In this document: positions 41,121-50,642 of the stretch, one piece after another | Layout of the letters: each line of letters starts with the position of its first letter | How positions within the stretch are numbered: position 1 is the stretch's first letter | Origin: Candidatus Latescibacterota bacterium | GTDB lineage: Bacteria; Latescibacterota; UBA2968; GCA-2709665 | Direction of reading: 5' to 3' | DNA length: 64,000 nucleotides | Assembly (NCBI GenBank): GCA_965116875.1 | Contig: OZ220733.1 | Span: forward strand, 224,001 to 288,000 | Translations under genes and position numbers: made by a program | The notes under the pieces: generated by a model | What the model saw: the letters and a program-made list of their open reading frames with translations, nothing else | Told to the model about the DNA's origin: nothing | Databases searched by the model: none

Positions 41121-41342
41121 CTAAATGTTATACCATTCCGACCAATAGGTATCTCCCGAATTACAAAGGGCAACTTCGATCTCATTCGTGGCATCGCAAG
41201 AATAGTGGTCTCTCCGCTGCAACTGACCATTGTGGCACCTTTTTTCGAATTTGTCGTTGAACCATTGATATCCATCGTACCATTCGTACGCGTATATCAA
41301 TGTATCCTGTCGACGGTTCCGTGGTTTTCGTAGCAAGTTCAT
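41121..41342 (-). CDS. Putative RiPP precursor peptide (73 aa)
   Basis: GGGAGG RBS; MNLLRKPRNRRQDTLIYAY-EWYDGYQWFND...C...C...C...YWSEWYNI. Basic leader ending in AY; located between the rSAM/SPASM gene and the exporter/protease genes. Confidence 0.75.
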   Translation of the reverse strand: MNLLRKPRNRRQDTLIYAYEWYDGYQWFNDKFEKRCHNGQLQRRDHYSCDATNEIEVALCNSGDTYWSEWYNI

Positions 41343-41367
41343 GTTGCCTCCCTTTTGAGAGTTTGAG

Positions 41368-41396
41368 AATTGGTGGATCGGAATCCGTAGTTTCGG
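41368..41396. repeat. Upstream arm of the inverted repeat flanking the precursor gene
   Basis: aattggtggatcggaatccgtagtttcgg; pairs with 41075-41100. Confidence 0.8.
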
Positions 41397-41412
41397 CAAA
41401 TCGCAAAGCAAA

Positions 41413-41601
41413 CCTTGATTCCTCATTTTTCGAGGACTTTTATTTGAATATGTGTCAGTTAAAGAGGTGATTAGACTGCTGACTACCAGGATGCATCAGG
41501 ACACTGTACGTGAACGGAAGAAATGTCCTTCCTTAAGACCATTTCGGCACCATTCGGAGAGTTCCGTCGCGTCGCCGCGTTGCGACTTTTTCGGATCGAG
41601 G
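41413..41601. mobile_element. ~190-bp MITE with IS1380-like ends (copy 3)
   Basis: Reverse-complement homologue of 4022-4211 over its whole length; flanks CAAA / CTAA. Confidence 0.82.
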
Positions 41602-41651
41602 CTAATGAATGAGATAGATGCATCGATCGGATAAATCGACACGATTTACAG

Positions 41652-42875
41652 CTAGTTATTTGCACCAAAGTCAAGCGCATAGACAGCCACATTGCCATTG
41701 GAATTTTCCGACTCTGCTGCCGACGGCTCACTCCATACATACAACTGATCCCGCGAAGATGCTATACTATTCCACGGGACCGATATAACTTCGGATTCGA
41801 GGTGCTCCTTTGCTGACCTACTAAAGTCATAGACTCCGACGGCCTCTTCTGTGTCGAGGTCGTAAATCGACCAGTTGGTAATACTTGCGACGGTCGTGTC
41901 CTCGGTCGTGCCAGGGTTTATGTGCGAAACCATCAAAAATCGACCATGGACGATTGTCATGCTACTTACAGTTGTCATTTTCAATCCTCTCATATCTTCA
42001 CGACTCCCTTGTTCAATTCCATGATACCTTGTCGGCAACGGTACATATCCTTTCGGACGACGACCAAATCGCCTGATGGTTATCCCAGTCTCGGCGTCGA
42101 TTTCTCTAACCATGTAGTCGTTTGGTCCCAGGAAATACAGCCTATTCCGTACCACGCTGTAGCATAGATGCGCAAAGGCTTTCATGCGATATGAGATAAA
42201 CCTCTGGGAATTGGTAGAAAGAGCCACGCGATACACAACATCCCATCCGGACGGTTCAAGGCGTCGCAATTCCATTATCTTCATCGGGTTTACCATCAGT
42301 ACGAAGACCTCGCCCAATCTACCCGTTAACACCCTGGTGGCATGTAGTAACCGTGTCGTGTCCACATGTTTCCCGGCTCTGTCATATCGGACAATCTGGC
42401 CATAAGTTGAATCCAACAGGTACACCATACCCTGCGGGTCTATTGACATATAACGAGCACTGCCATATTCGCCTGGTCCGCGACCCTGACGACCAAACGA
42501 CTGGATATAGCGTCCGTCCGAAAGGTCAAATTCATGTGCTCTTTCACCAATCCGGTCGGTAAGCAGTAGAGTGTTATCCCGTGTCACACCTATCCAGTTT
42601 GCCTCACCAATCCCAGGTGTTTTTTCGTTAAAGTCCAGACTAAATTGGCGCTTCAAATCAAGACCGATTTCGCCGATATATTCCAACTTCGTTTCGTGAA
42701 TGGACTCTTCGTTGGCCTCGTGAGGCGAAGACTTCGAATACGTCTCCTTCGACTGGTCCGGCACTTGTGCAACCGCCCGGCCGTTTCCGGAAACAAGAAC
42801 GACCGTAAGTAAAAAAACAAAAAGACTGAACATTCTTTCCGGCCAATGACGTCCAGCTAACGTGCTCTTCTTCAT
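41652..42875 (-). CDS. Exported 6-bladed beta-propeller (NHL-like) protein
   Basis: Signal peptide; FDLSDGRYIQSFGRQGRGPGEY, IDPQGMVYLLD and YDRAGK. Confidence 0.8.
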   Translation of the reverse strand: MKKSTLAGRHWPERMFSLFVFLLTVVLVSGNGRAVAQVPDQSKETYSKSSPHEANEESIHETKLEYIGEIGLDLKRQFSLDFNEKTPGIGEANWIGVTRDNTLLLTDRIGERAHEFDLSDGRYIQSFGRQGRGPGEYGSARYMSIDPQGMVYLLDSTYGQIVRYDRAGKHVDTTRLLHATRVLTGRLGEVFVLMVNPMKIMELRRLEPSGWDVVYRVALSTNSQRFISYRMKAFAHLCYSVVRNRLYFLGPNDYMVREIDAETGITIRRFGRRPKGYVPLPTRYHGIEQGSREDMRGLKMTTVSSMTIVHGRFLMVSHINPGTTEDTTVASITNWSIYDLDTEEAVGVYDFSRSAKEHLESEVISVPWNSIASSRDQLYVWSEPSAAESENSNGNVAVYALDFGANN

Positions 42876-42989
42876 CGTGAACTCCTTTCGAATTTGTGCT
42901 GTGTCATTGTGTAATGGTTACGTGCGTAACCATATTATAATACAATGACTTGGGTACGGAAACCACCTCTTTTGTGAATTATTCAGGCT

Positions 42990-43290
42990 TAGTATGCATG
43001 ACGTCGCCGATACCCCAGCGACACAATTGGATTCTCACGTTCACCTTTTCTCCGACGACGGCGGCCTTCCACCTTCAAAACACCGTTCGCCTCACGCATT
43101 ACCTCTCTCGAGGCCTGCTAAACCTTCACTCGCGTTACGGACTGTATACTTGCAAGTTGCCATGCGACCTATACACCGGAGCTTAGGACAACTCGATGCT
43201 TTCCTGCCTGCTTTACTTGCAACCGACGGCGGCAACATTGGGCTGGTGCGACTCTCTCCCACAAGAGTTCCGCACCTTTTCACGGCGTAT
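42990..43290 (-). mobile_element. Probable degenerate group II intron 5' fragment (domain I)
   Basis: The minus strand begins ATACGCCGTGAAAAGGTGCGG (cf. GTGCGCCGTGAAAAGGCGC) and contains CCGTAACGCGAGTGAA..GGCCTCGAGAGAGG. No RT ORF or domain V was seen. Confidence 0.5.
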
Positions 43291-43361
43291 GGTTGTCGAA
43301 TTAACGCTAATCACACAATAATGTACGAGGAGGCTCGGTTGATCGAGTTTTATAAGTAGCT

Positions 43362-44819
43362 TCACTCGGCATCACCTTGATTAACCAATCTTAGATTGTA
43401 CCTCTCCTGCAACAGTTTCTTGTCCGTGTTTTGAATTTCTATACACATTTCCATGGCGAGTTCATAGCTATAACGGATCTGTTCGCACGAGACAGGGTTC
43501 GGATTTATCGGGTCCCCAGTTGCAGTCCGGGCATCATATATACACCCGCCCCCACACAGGTTTCTTGCCCAGCAACGCCGACAGTCGGAACGGGAATCGA
43601 CATGGAACGAATCTTTGAATCCATCCTGGACATTTTCGTCAAGACCAGAGAAGACGTCGCCCATCTTAAACTCCGGCCGGTCGGCAAGACTTGAACAAAA
43701 ATAGATGTCGCCTTCTACATCCACGGCCAGAAATGTCCTCCCGCCTTGACAGCCATAACATGATTTCGCGCGAGTCATTAATCGTTCGATAAAACGGTCG
43801 AAAAATCCTCTCTCGTGCGACCCTTCCAGAATGTTCGCCGTCTCATGCCGGCTTAAACCGCAAAGTCTGCGCTTTATTTCAGGCAGATGCTCCTCGCGCA
43901 GCGCATAAGGTTCTTCAGGTGCAGCAACGACAGGAGCCACTCTAACACGACATGCGCCAAGTTGCCTCAAATCATCAGCAATGGACTCCCTGTCCAGATT
44001 GTACGAAGTCATTGTTGCGCGTACCGATACCTTATCCGGTGACTCTTTCGTCAATTTCAACAGGTTCTCGGCCACCACATTGTACGTTTCACTGCCATCT
44101 CGAAACTTCCGCAGTCGGTTTTGGTCTCTCGGGTTGCCGTCGACACTAACCTGAATGTGAATTTCCTCATCAATTAGAAACTGTAAGATTTCATCCGAAA
44201 TTAGAGTGCCATTAGTTGCGATACCAAAAGAGACCTGAACCCCAACCCGATGGGCATACTCACGGGCAAAGGGAATGATATCTCGAATTAACTCGAAGTT
44301 CAGGAGCGGTTCCCCACCGAAAAAGTCTATCTGACACCTGCCGAACGAGCGAGCTTCACTCAGTGCCCATCGTACAGCCTGCCTTGCTACATGCGGCGTC
44401 ATAAATCCCGGTACCCTTCCGTAGTCGCCGCCATGTGCGAAGCAATAGGTACATTTGACGTTACAGGCGTGCGAAACGTGTAACGTGATGTGAAATTGAC
44501 TCTCACGGGGCTCGGACTCTGGCAATCCGCAGATCCCTTGATCCGGCCCCTGTGTATCTGAATGAAGTTTCAGCGAGGCATCGTATATGAGCTGGGCTTC
44601 GGCAAGGACCTCAACTGCCTTTAACACGTCCTCGCCAGGAAATTCATCGGCCAATTCAAAAACGACTTCCTGGTCCGTTAGTCCGTCGCAAATCTTGAGA
44701 ATCGACTCATAGAGCGGATTCAGTTCAAAGAACAGTCCCGTGTAAACCTGAAACAAAAACGTACGTTTCGACTGGGATGTTCTGAAAAGATGCATTTCAG
44801 ACTTTGCGATTCGTAGCAC
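43362..44819 (-). CDS. Radical SAM/SPASM peptide maturase with N-terminal RRE (CteB/PapB/QhpD-like)
   Basis: CNVKCTYC, FFGGEPLLN, IATNGT, VSVDG; SPASM Cys set CQGG...IYFC...CRRCWARNLCGGGC...SC; PqqD-like N-terminus. The start is uncertain (44795, 44819 or 44969). Confidence 0.9.
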   Translation of the reverse strand: MLRIAKSEMHLFRTSQSKRTFLFQVYTGLFFELNPLYESILKICDGLTDQEVVFELADEFPGEDVLKAVEVLAEAQLIYDASLKLHSDTQGPDQGICGLPESEPRESQFHITLHVSHACNVKCTYCFAHGGDYGRVPGFMTPHVARQAVRWALSEARSFGRCQIDFFGGEPLLNFELIRDIIPFAREYAHRVGVQVSFGIATNGTLISDEILQFLIDEEIHIQVSVDGNPRDQNRLRKFRDGSETYNVVAENLLKLTKESPDKVSVRATMTSYNLDRESIADDLRQLGACRVRVAPVVAAPEEPYALREEHLPEIKRRLCGLSRHETANILEGSHERGFFDRFIERLMTRAKSCYGCQGGRTFLAVDVEGDIYFCSSLADRPEFKMGDVFSGLDENVQDGFKDSFHVDSRSDCRRCWARNLCGGGCIYDARTATGDPINPNPVSCEQIRYSYELAMEMCIEIQNTDKKLLQERYNLRLVNQGDAE

Positions 44820-45183
44820 TTCCTCTGCCCCCAATACCCGACACACAAACAACCGATATACTATTGGGCTGTATGCTTTTCCCGTGGAGTGGGTCCATTC
44901 TGTGATTTTTTGATTGTGACCGCGTTTGTCATTGGTGGCGGCAGAATGGGGAACCACGGCCATTCGCACAACGTCGCTTCAATAGGAGTCGTCGATCCAA
45001 AGCATCCGCAAATTTTCCCCCTATTGTCTGAAACACCGTTGACCGGGAACAGTGAAGGTTTGGGATTATTCAGTGCCATTATCGTCCTCCTTGCCCGTTC
45101 AGCTTTGCGCGTCTCTATACTACAATGGAGATCAAACACGTGGCGCCAAATCCATCATGCAATTAATGCTATGAATGGGATGC

Positions 45184-45199
45184 TGCAAACCACGTACCC
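45184..45199 (-). promoter_or_regulatory. Candidate sigma54 (-24/-12) promoter facing the rSAM gene
   Basis: Minus strand GGGTACG-TGGT-TTGCA gives GG-N10-GC, with 2 mismatches to TGGCACG-N4-TTGCW; AT-rich DNA lies upstream. Confidence 0.5.
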
Positions 45200-45465
45200 G
45201 AAAAACAAAAAACGCTTGTGTGAGACCACAAGCGAAATAATTACAACGATTTATTTATTTGTTTTTTCTTTTCTATTCACGACGAGAGTTTGTTCTTAAA
45301 TTGTATTCATTGTATACAGAACTCTTCCTATGTGAAAGATATGCGTCAATTCAAACGAACAAAACCTTAAAATACAATACTTTAAATTCTGTCCAACGCC
45401 GTCTACACTTCTCTAGGATCGATGCGCAAGCTATCTACGCTGATGGCGAGGCTTTATCGTGCAAC

Positions 45466-48400
45466 TCAACGCAGACCATAACGCGTCATCATCTTCTGAA
45501 GTCCATTTCGGCTGAGACCTAAATGAGCGGCAGTATGAGAAATGTTCCCCTTGCATTTGTCAAGTGCCGCGGCTATCATCCTTTTTTCAAGGGCAGCCAC
45601 CTCCGATTTTAGATGTCCTCGCGAACCTTGTTCGGCGTCTTGACGATGTTCAATCCTCTTCGAGAATAGATCGACGGAAACCTTCTTTCCTTCTTCAACC
45701 AACGCAACCGCGCGTCTTATCTCATTCTGCAATTCACGGACATTGCCCGGCCACGCGTGATCCATTAATCCCCGCATTGCACCCACTGTAAAGCCCAGTA
45801 CTTCCTTTCCCTGCTCCGAAGAAACACGCTTCAGTATATGTTCCGACAACGAAGGGATGTCCTCAATACGGTCACGCAGTGGAGGCATTTCAATCTGTAA
45901 AACGCGCAGCCGGTAATACAAGTCCTCCCGAAAAAGACCGGCACGCACGTCCGCTTCCAGGTCGCGATTCGTCGCTGCAATCACCCGAACGTCTACGTGG
46001 CGAACATTAGTCTCTCCTACTCGCTGTGTCTCCCCATCCTGCAGTACGCGCAACAGGCTTATTTGCAATTGCGAAGAGGCATCCCCGATTTCGTCTAGAA
46101 ACACGGAACCGCCCTCCGCGGAGGCGAATAGTCCCTTGCGGTCGGATGAAGCCCCGGTAAATGAGCCTCTCTTGTGACCGAACAGCTCGCTCTGAAGCAG
46201 TTCGTGGGTAAGCGCCCCGCAATTTGCGGAGAGAAAGGGTTTCGCCTTGCGGTTGCTCCGGGTATGGATAGCCCGGGCGGCCAGTTCCTTCCCCGTTCCC
46301 GTCTCACCCTGTATAAGCACAGTCATGTCGCTTTCAGCCGCCACGTCGACCAGTTTGAACACTTCCTGCATCAGCTGACTCTGTCCGATAAGTTCTCCCA
46401 TTCGGTAGGTGCCCTCGTATTTTTCCTGGAAAAAAAGTGCCTGCTCCTGGCTCCGGGAGAACATCCGGGCGTTGACAACCGCAATGGAGGCCAAATTCGC
46501 AAATGCCGCAAACAAGGCTGTGTCTTCTTCGCGAAACAAATCTTCTAGCTTTCTATGGTCCAAATACAGCGCGCCGATGACACCCGATTCCGCATGCCGC
46601 AGTGGAACGCAAAGCACCGATCGGATGCCGTAGGCCGAAACGCTGGCCCTTTTTCTGAATCGATCGTCAACGCGAGCATCCAGACTCAATACGGGCTCGT
46701 GCCGCTGCATCGACCACCTGATTATTCCCTCGCTGATCTCCCTTGCAGCTAAGTCATCCAGATTATACTTACGCGCAACCTTGACGCGACCGGCTGCCCC
46801 ATCCTCGATAGCAATCAAAACACGTTCGGCCTGGCTCACCTTCTTCAGTCGGTCCAGAATTCGATCAAGTAGCACATTCAGGTCCAAGACCGACGTCAAA
46901 TCTTCGGATACTTCATAAAGGGTCTGCAGATGCTCTTGGGAAAGCGCCGTAACCTTCGCCTCTGGTGTAATAGTCATCGCAGTTTCCTCAATAACCAGGT
47001 TTAGGAGATCCGCTGCCTTTCGGGCCAGATAACGCAGATTCAAGCGTTCGGCAGCCTCACGGGCATTTTCCAGGCACCCTCGGGCATCGGCAAGACGCCG
47101 CCGTTCCAGATAATACGCGCCCGCTACAACGAACAGGTTTACCTGTTCCAAGCCGTCCGGGGAACCCTGGACTTCCAATGCATGATCAATCAGGGAATCG
47201 ACTTCGTCATGACGGTCGGCCGCGACGAGCGATTTCGCCTTTGCGGTCCATGCAATGGCGCGGACATTCCCGCCGTACTCCACGCCCGGCCAGGCCCGTT
47301 CGGCCCAGGCCAGCGCCTCTTCAACACGGCCGGTTTCCGCGAGTGTCTCGGCCAGCAACGCATGGGCGCGGCACATTTCATCGGAGCGGCCGGTACCCGA
47401 CAGAAGCCGCACTGCGGCACCCGCGTGTGCTTCTGCAGCCTCGGCATCTCCGTTTTCCAAGGCAACCCTGCCCAAAAACACGAGTGATCCTGCCTCCGCA
47501 GGTCTCGAACCGCGTTTGGCCCAAAAGTCTTTAAGCTCAAGGAAAATCTCCTCGGCCCGATCAAAATTACCCAACCGATTCTCTGCACGTCCCAAAAGGA
47601 AAAGACAGTTATGGCGATAAGCTCGATCGCCGTTCCTCTCTAATAGATTTAATGAAGAGTCCAGGAGCTTTTTCGATCTGTCATTACGATAAGTAAACTG
47701 CGCTGCAAACCCCAGATGCATCAAAGCACGGGCTTCGTTGATAGACCCTCCCATTTCGCGGCATTTTTCAGCTGCTGAATGACAAAATCCCGCAGCAACC
47801 TCTTTTTTCCCTAGCGCCACGTAGAGATTTGACAACAGACCCAAAACCCTAAGTTCATTCTCCGCCTCGCCCTGATTCCGGAAGAGTTCCAGCGCTTCTA
47901 ACAACATCGACTCAGCTCTTTGGCAGTCCCCGCCATTCACGTAGGTAATTCCTAAAATCCTCAACACATTCGCCCTTTGCGCGGGCATTTCAAAGGACGC
48001 CCACTGCATGGCACCTTCCAACTCGCGGCGCGCGTCTTCGTACCTGCCGCATCCGCAAAGCGCTTCGGAGTAAGCGCAGAGAAAGTCGAGATGCATCACC
48101 GAACCGCGCGCAATGCAAACGGGGGCATCAGGGGAAAACGCGCCTTTTTTGAGAACAGTTCGGAACTGTTCGAGTGCGTGCGAGAAATATTGCATCCCCA
48201 ATGCAAAGCGGCCGGATAAGGTGACGTACCGCGCCATTTTTTCCAGGTCGTTCGATCTCAAAAAGTGATAGGCCAATTCATCCAATGACTCTGCGGCGCC
48301 GCAATCCAACCGTCTTTCTAAGGCGCTGCCTGCCTCCTGGTGAAGCAACGTACGTCTGTTTAACGATATGCCGTCGTAAACCGCCCGTTGGATCAGTCCA

Positions 48401-50352
48401 TGTGAGAACCGATAACGTCCACGAGGGTCCTGCATATCTCTCAAAAGGCCCAGGCTGACGTTTGCATCCACCGTCTCCAATAACTCCAGTTCATCCTCGC
48501 ACCAGACGTCTGAAATCAGCTCGAACGAAAACGCGCCGCGAAAGATTGATGCATATTCCAGCGCCTGCCTTTGGGCCGAACGAAGTCGTCCCAGGCGCAA
48601 CTTGATGGCCTGCATAATGCCCGACGGCATTGGCCATTCCGTCTCCTTCGGCCACCTCCAAATTCCTGTTGAATCCTTCCATATCAAGCCGTCGGCAATT
48701 GCTCCCCGAACCAATTCTACGACAAACAGTGGATTCCCCCCAGTTTCCTGGAAAACCCTACGATTCTCTTCCTCAGGTACAGCCTGTTCTCCAAGCAGGG
48801 ACGCAGCCAGATTCCCAGTTTCGTCCATATCGAGAGGCTGGAGACGAAAATGTTCAGCTCGAGTTCCAATTGGCCCATCTGTCAGGTCGTCGATTCCAGG
48901 GGGTAGCGGATCTTCGTCCACCTTGCGGCAAGCGAGCCCGAAGACGAGAGGTACGGGATCCGGATCTCTCCTCACAAAGTCCAGGAACCGCAGGGTCAGG
49001 TCGTCGGCCCACTGCACGTCTTCAATGCATACAAGGGTCGGCGTTTCCCTGCTCAGATCGACGAGAAGTTCCGACAAGGTCTCCATCGCCGGGTACGGAT
49101 CCGGCTGATCGGCGGGCGCCGGCCGTTCAATTTGCGTAAGAACTCGCTTGACGGATTCTTCCAGGTCTGGACCCCGAACGCCGGTCTGATCGGCCAGGTC
49201 TCGCAGGATTTCCAGGAATGGCCCAAAGGCTTGGCCCCCGCTCTCATAGCAACGTCCTGATTGTACGCGCATTCCGTTGACGCGGGCGTCGGCCTGGAAT
49301 TCTTCAAGAACTTGGGTCTTCCCGATGCCAGCACTGCCGCTCACGAGAATGATGCGCCCTATACCCTCGCGAGTATCCTGCAGGATCTTCCGTAGAGCCT
49401 TCATCTCACGTTCTCGACCCTGGAACTGGGGTTGGAAAACGGGAACGTCTGGGGCACCCAAGACAGGCCGCATTGAAACGGTAGCTTCGTCACCGTCTCT
49501 ATAGAATCCGCTTTCCTCGTTATTCGTCAAATCATACAGCAAGCTCCCTACCGAACTGTAGCGGTCAATGGGTTCCTTCTCGAGAAGCTTCATTACTGAC
49601 TCTTCGATCCCCGAGAAATCTTCGCCGGTTACAAGGTGCGGAGGGCGCGGCAATTCTTTCAGATGCTGAAGCAATACCGTTGCTGGATCTTCTCCCGTGA
49701 ATGGTGGTTTCCCGGTAAGAATCTCGTAAAGAATGACTCCCAATGAATAAAGGTCGGATCGCTGGTCAACTGCCTTTCCCCGGATCTGTTCGGGGGACAT
49801 GTACTCCAAGGTCCCGGTAGCCGCTCCGGGAGCCGAGAGGCGTTCCTCCCTTACATCTCTAAATCGCGCCAGACCCAGGTCCAGAATCGTAACCTCGGGC
49901 TTACCCTCAATCTCTGAAATCATAATATTTGAGGGCTTCAGGTCTCTGTGCAACACACCCTGTTCATGGATGTATCCCAACCCTTCTACAGTCTGGCGGA
50001 TAAAGGGAACGAGCCACGCGGATTTTAGCTTTTCACGATCATCTACTCCTGAAATCAGGTCGGACAAGGGACGACCATGGACAAAGTCCATGGAAAAATA
50101 CGGACTCCCGTCGTGCGCGCCCCAGCTGTGTGAAATAACAACTCGAGGATGTCGGATTCGAGACAAGATATTAAACTCCCTCAGAAATCGCCTTTGTGCC
50201 CCGTCCCCCGTGAGATCTAATATCTTAAGCGCTGTAATGGAATTTTTCCGTACGTCCCGCGCACGATAGACGGTACCTAAACCTCCATTTCCAACGGTAT
50301 TGAGGATCTCGTAACACCCGTCGACAACCGTGCCAGCCTTTAATTCGGACAT
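45466..50352 (-). CDS. Ser/Thr kinase - AAA ATPase - TPR - GAF - sigma54-dependent Fis-family activator
   Basis: Kinase [25 protein letters not shown]; GSAGIGKT; GAF; b[38 protein letters not shown]; C-terminal HTH. Confidence 0.92.
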   Translation of the reverse strand: MSELKAGTVVDGCYEILNTVGNGGLGTVYRARDVRKNSITALKILDLTGDGAQRRFLREFNILSRIRHPRVVISHSWGAHDGSPYFSMDFVHGRPLSDLISGVDDREKLKSAWLVPFIRQTVEGLGYIHEQGVLHRDLKPSNIMISEIEGKPEVTILDLGLARFRDVREERLSAPGAATGTLEYMSPEQIRGKAVDQRSDLYSLGVILYEILTGKPPFTGEDPATVLLQHLKELPRPPHLVTGEDFSGIEESVMKLLEKEPIDRYSSVGSLLYDLTNNEESGFYRDGDEATVSMRPVLGAPDVPVFQPQFQGREREMKALRKILQDTREGIGRIILVSGSAGIGKTQVLEEFQADARVNGMRVQSGRCYESGGQAFGPFLEILRDLADQTGVRGPDLEESVKRVLTQIERPAPADQPDPYPAMETLSELLVDLSRETPTLVCIEDVQWADDLTLRFLDFVRRDPDPVPLVFGLACRKVDEDPLPPGIDDLTDGPIGTRAEHFRLQPLDMDETGNLAASLLGEQAVPEEENRRVFQETGGNPLFVVELVRGAIADGLIWKDSTGIWRWPKETEWPMPSGIMQAIKLRLGRLRSAQRQALEYASIFRGAFSFELISDVWCEDELELLETVDANVSLGLLRDMQDPRGRYRFSHGLIQRAVYDGISLNRRTLLHQEAGSALERRLDCGAAESLDELAYHFLRSNDLEKMARYVTLSGRFALGMQYFSHALEQFRTVLKKGAFSPDAPVCIARGSVMHLDFLCAYSEALCGCGRYEDARRELEGAMQWASFEMPAQRANVLRILGITYVNGGDCQRAESMLLEALELFRNQGEAENELRVLGLLSNLYVALGKKEVAAGFCHSAAEKCREMGGSINEARALMHLGFAAQFTYRNDRSKKLLDSSLNLLERNGDRAYRHNCLFLLGRAENRLGNFDRAEEIFLELKDFWAKRGSRPAEAGSLVFLGRVALENGDAEAAEAHAGAAVRLLSGTGRSDEMCRAHALLAETLAETGRVEEALAWAERAWPGVEYGGNVRAIAWTAKAKSLVAADRHDEVDSLIDHALEVQGSPDGLEQVNLFVVAGAYYLERRRLADARGCLENAREAAERLNLRYLARKAADLLNLVIEETAMTITPEAKVTALSQEHLQTLYEVSEDLTSVLDLNVLLDRILDRLKKVSQAERVLIAIEDGAAGRVKVARKYNLDDLAAREISEGIIRWSMQRHEPVLSLDARVDDRFRKRASVSAYGIRSVLCVPLRHAESGVIGALYLDHRKLEDLFREEDTALFAAFANLASIAVVNARMFSRSQEQALFFQEKYEGTYRMGELIGQSQLMQEVFKLVDVAAESDMTVLIQGETGTGKELAARAIHTRSNRKAKPFLSANCGALTHELLQSELFGHKRGSFTGASSDRKGLFASAEGGSVFLDEIGDASSQLQISLLRVLQDGETQRVGETNVRHVDVRVIAATNRDLEADVRAGLFREDLYYRLRVLQIEMPPLRDRIEDIPSLSEHILKRVSSEQGKEVLGFTVGAMRGLMDHAWPGNVRELQNEIRRAVALVEEGKKVSVDLFSKRIEHRQDAEQGSRGHLKSEVAALEKRMIAAALDKCKGNISHTAAHLGLSRNGLQKMMTRYGLR

Positions 50353-50642
50353 ATTTAACCCTGCGAAGAATAACTCTCGTTTACGATTCCTGATTCGTTG
50401 ACGTTTTGTCTATTGACACATCAGGAATTGTCCACAGATGCCGACGTTTAAATGACCGTCAAGCATAGCGATTCTTGTGGCTCGACACCGCGTTCAACGA
50501 TTAGCGTTCAACCCCTTCGAACCCACCGCCGAATTGGCCGGGGTTGGGCGGTCTGACGGCTGATGTCTGACAGCTTCTTCCCGTTAAATTCCATTGGAAC
50601 CCATTGGGGGCGCGACGCACCAGTCAGATTTCCATTCAACAA

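Noticed and set aside
41121-41285. Darobactin/dynobactin-type identity of the core
   Set aside because: No WNWSKSF- or WNSNVHSYRF-like core; the maturase has an N-terminal RRE and looks CteB/PapB-like.
41075-41396. Integron cassette/attC interpretation of the flanking arms
   Set aside because: No RYYYAAC/GTTRRRY cores and no integrase; the arms enclose the gene rather than follow it.
41406-41425. Sigma54-like GG...GC at the MITE/precursor junction
   Set aside because: The spacing is 11 nt, not the required 10.
41343-41426. Longer 101-aa version of the precursor ORF
   Set aside because: Its start lies inside the MITE end, whereas the ATG at 41342 has a strong GGGAGG RBS.
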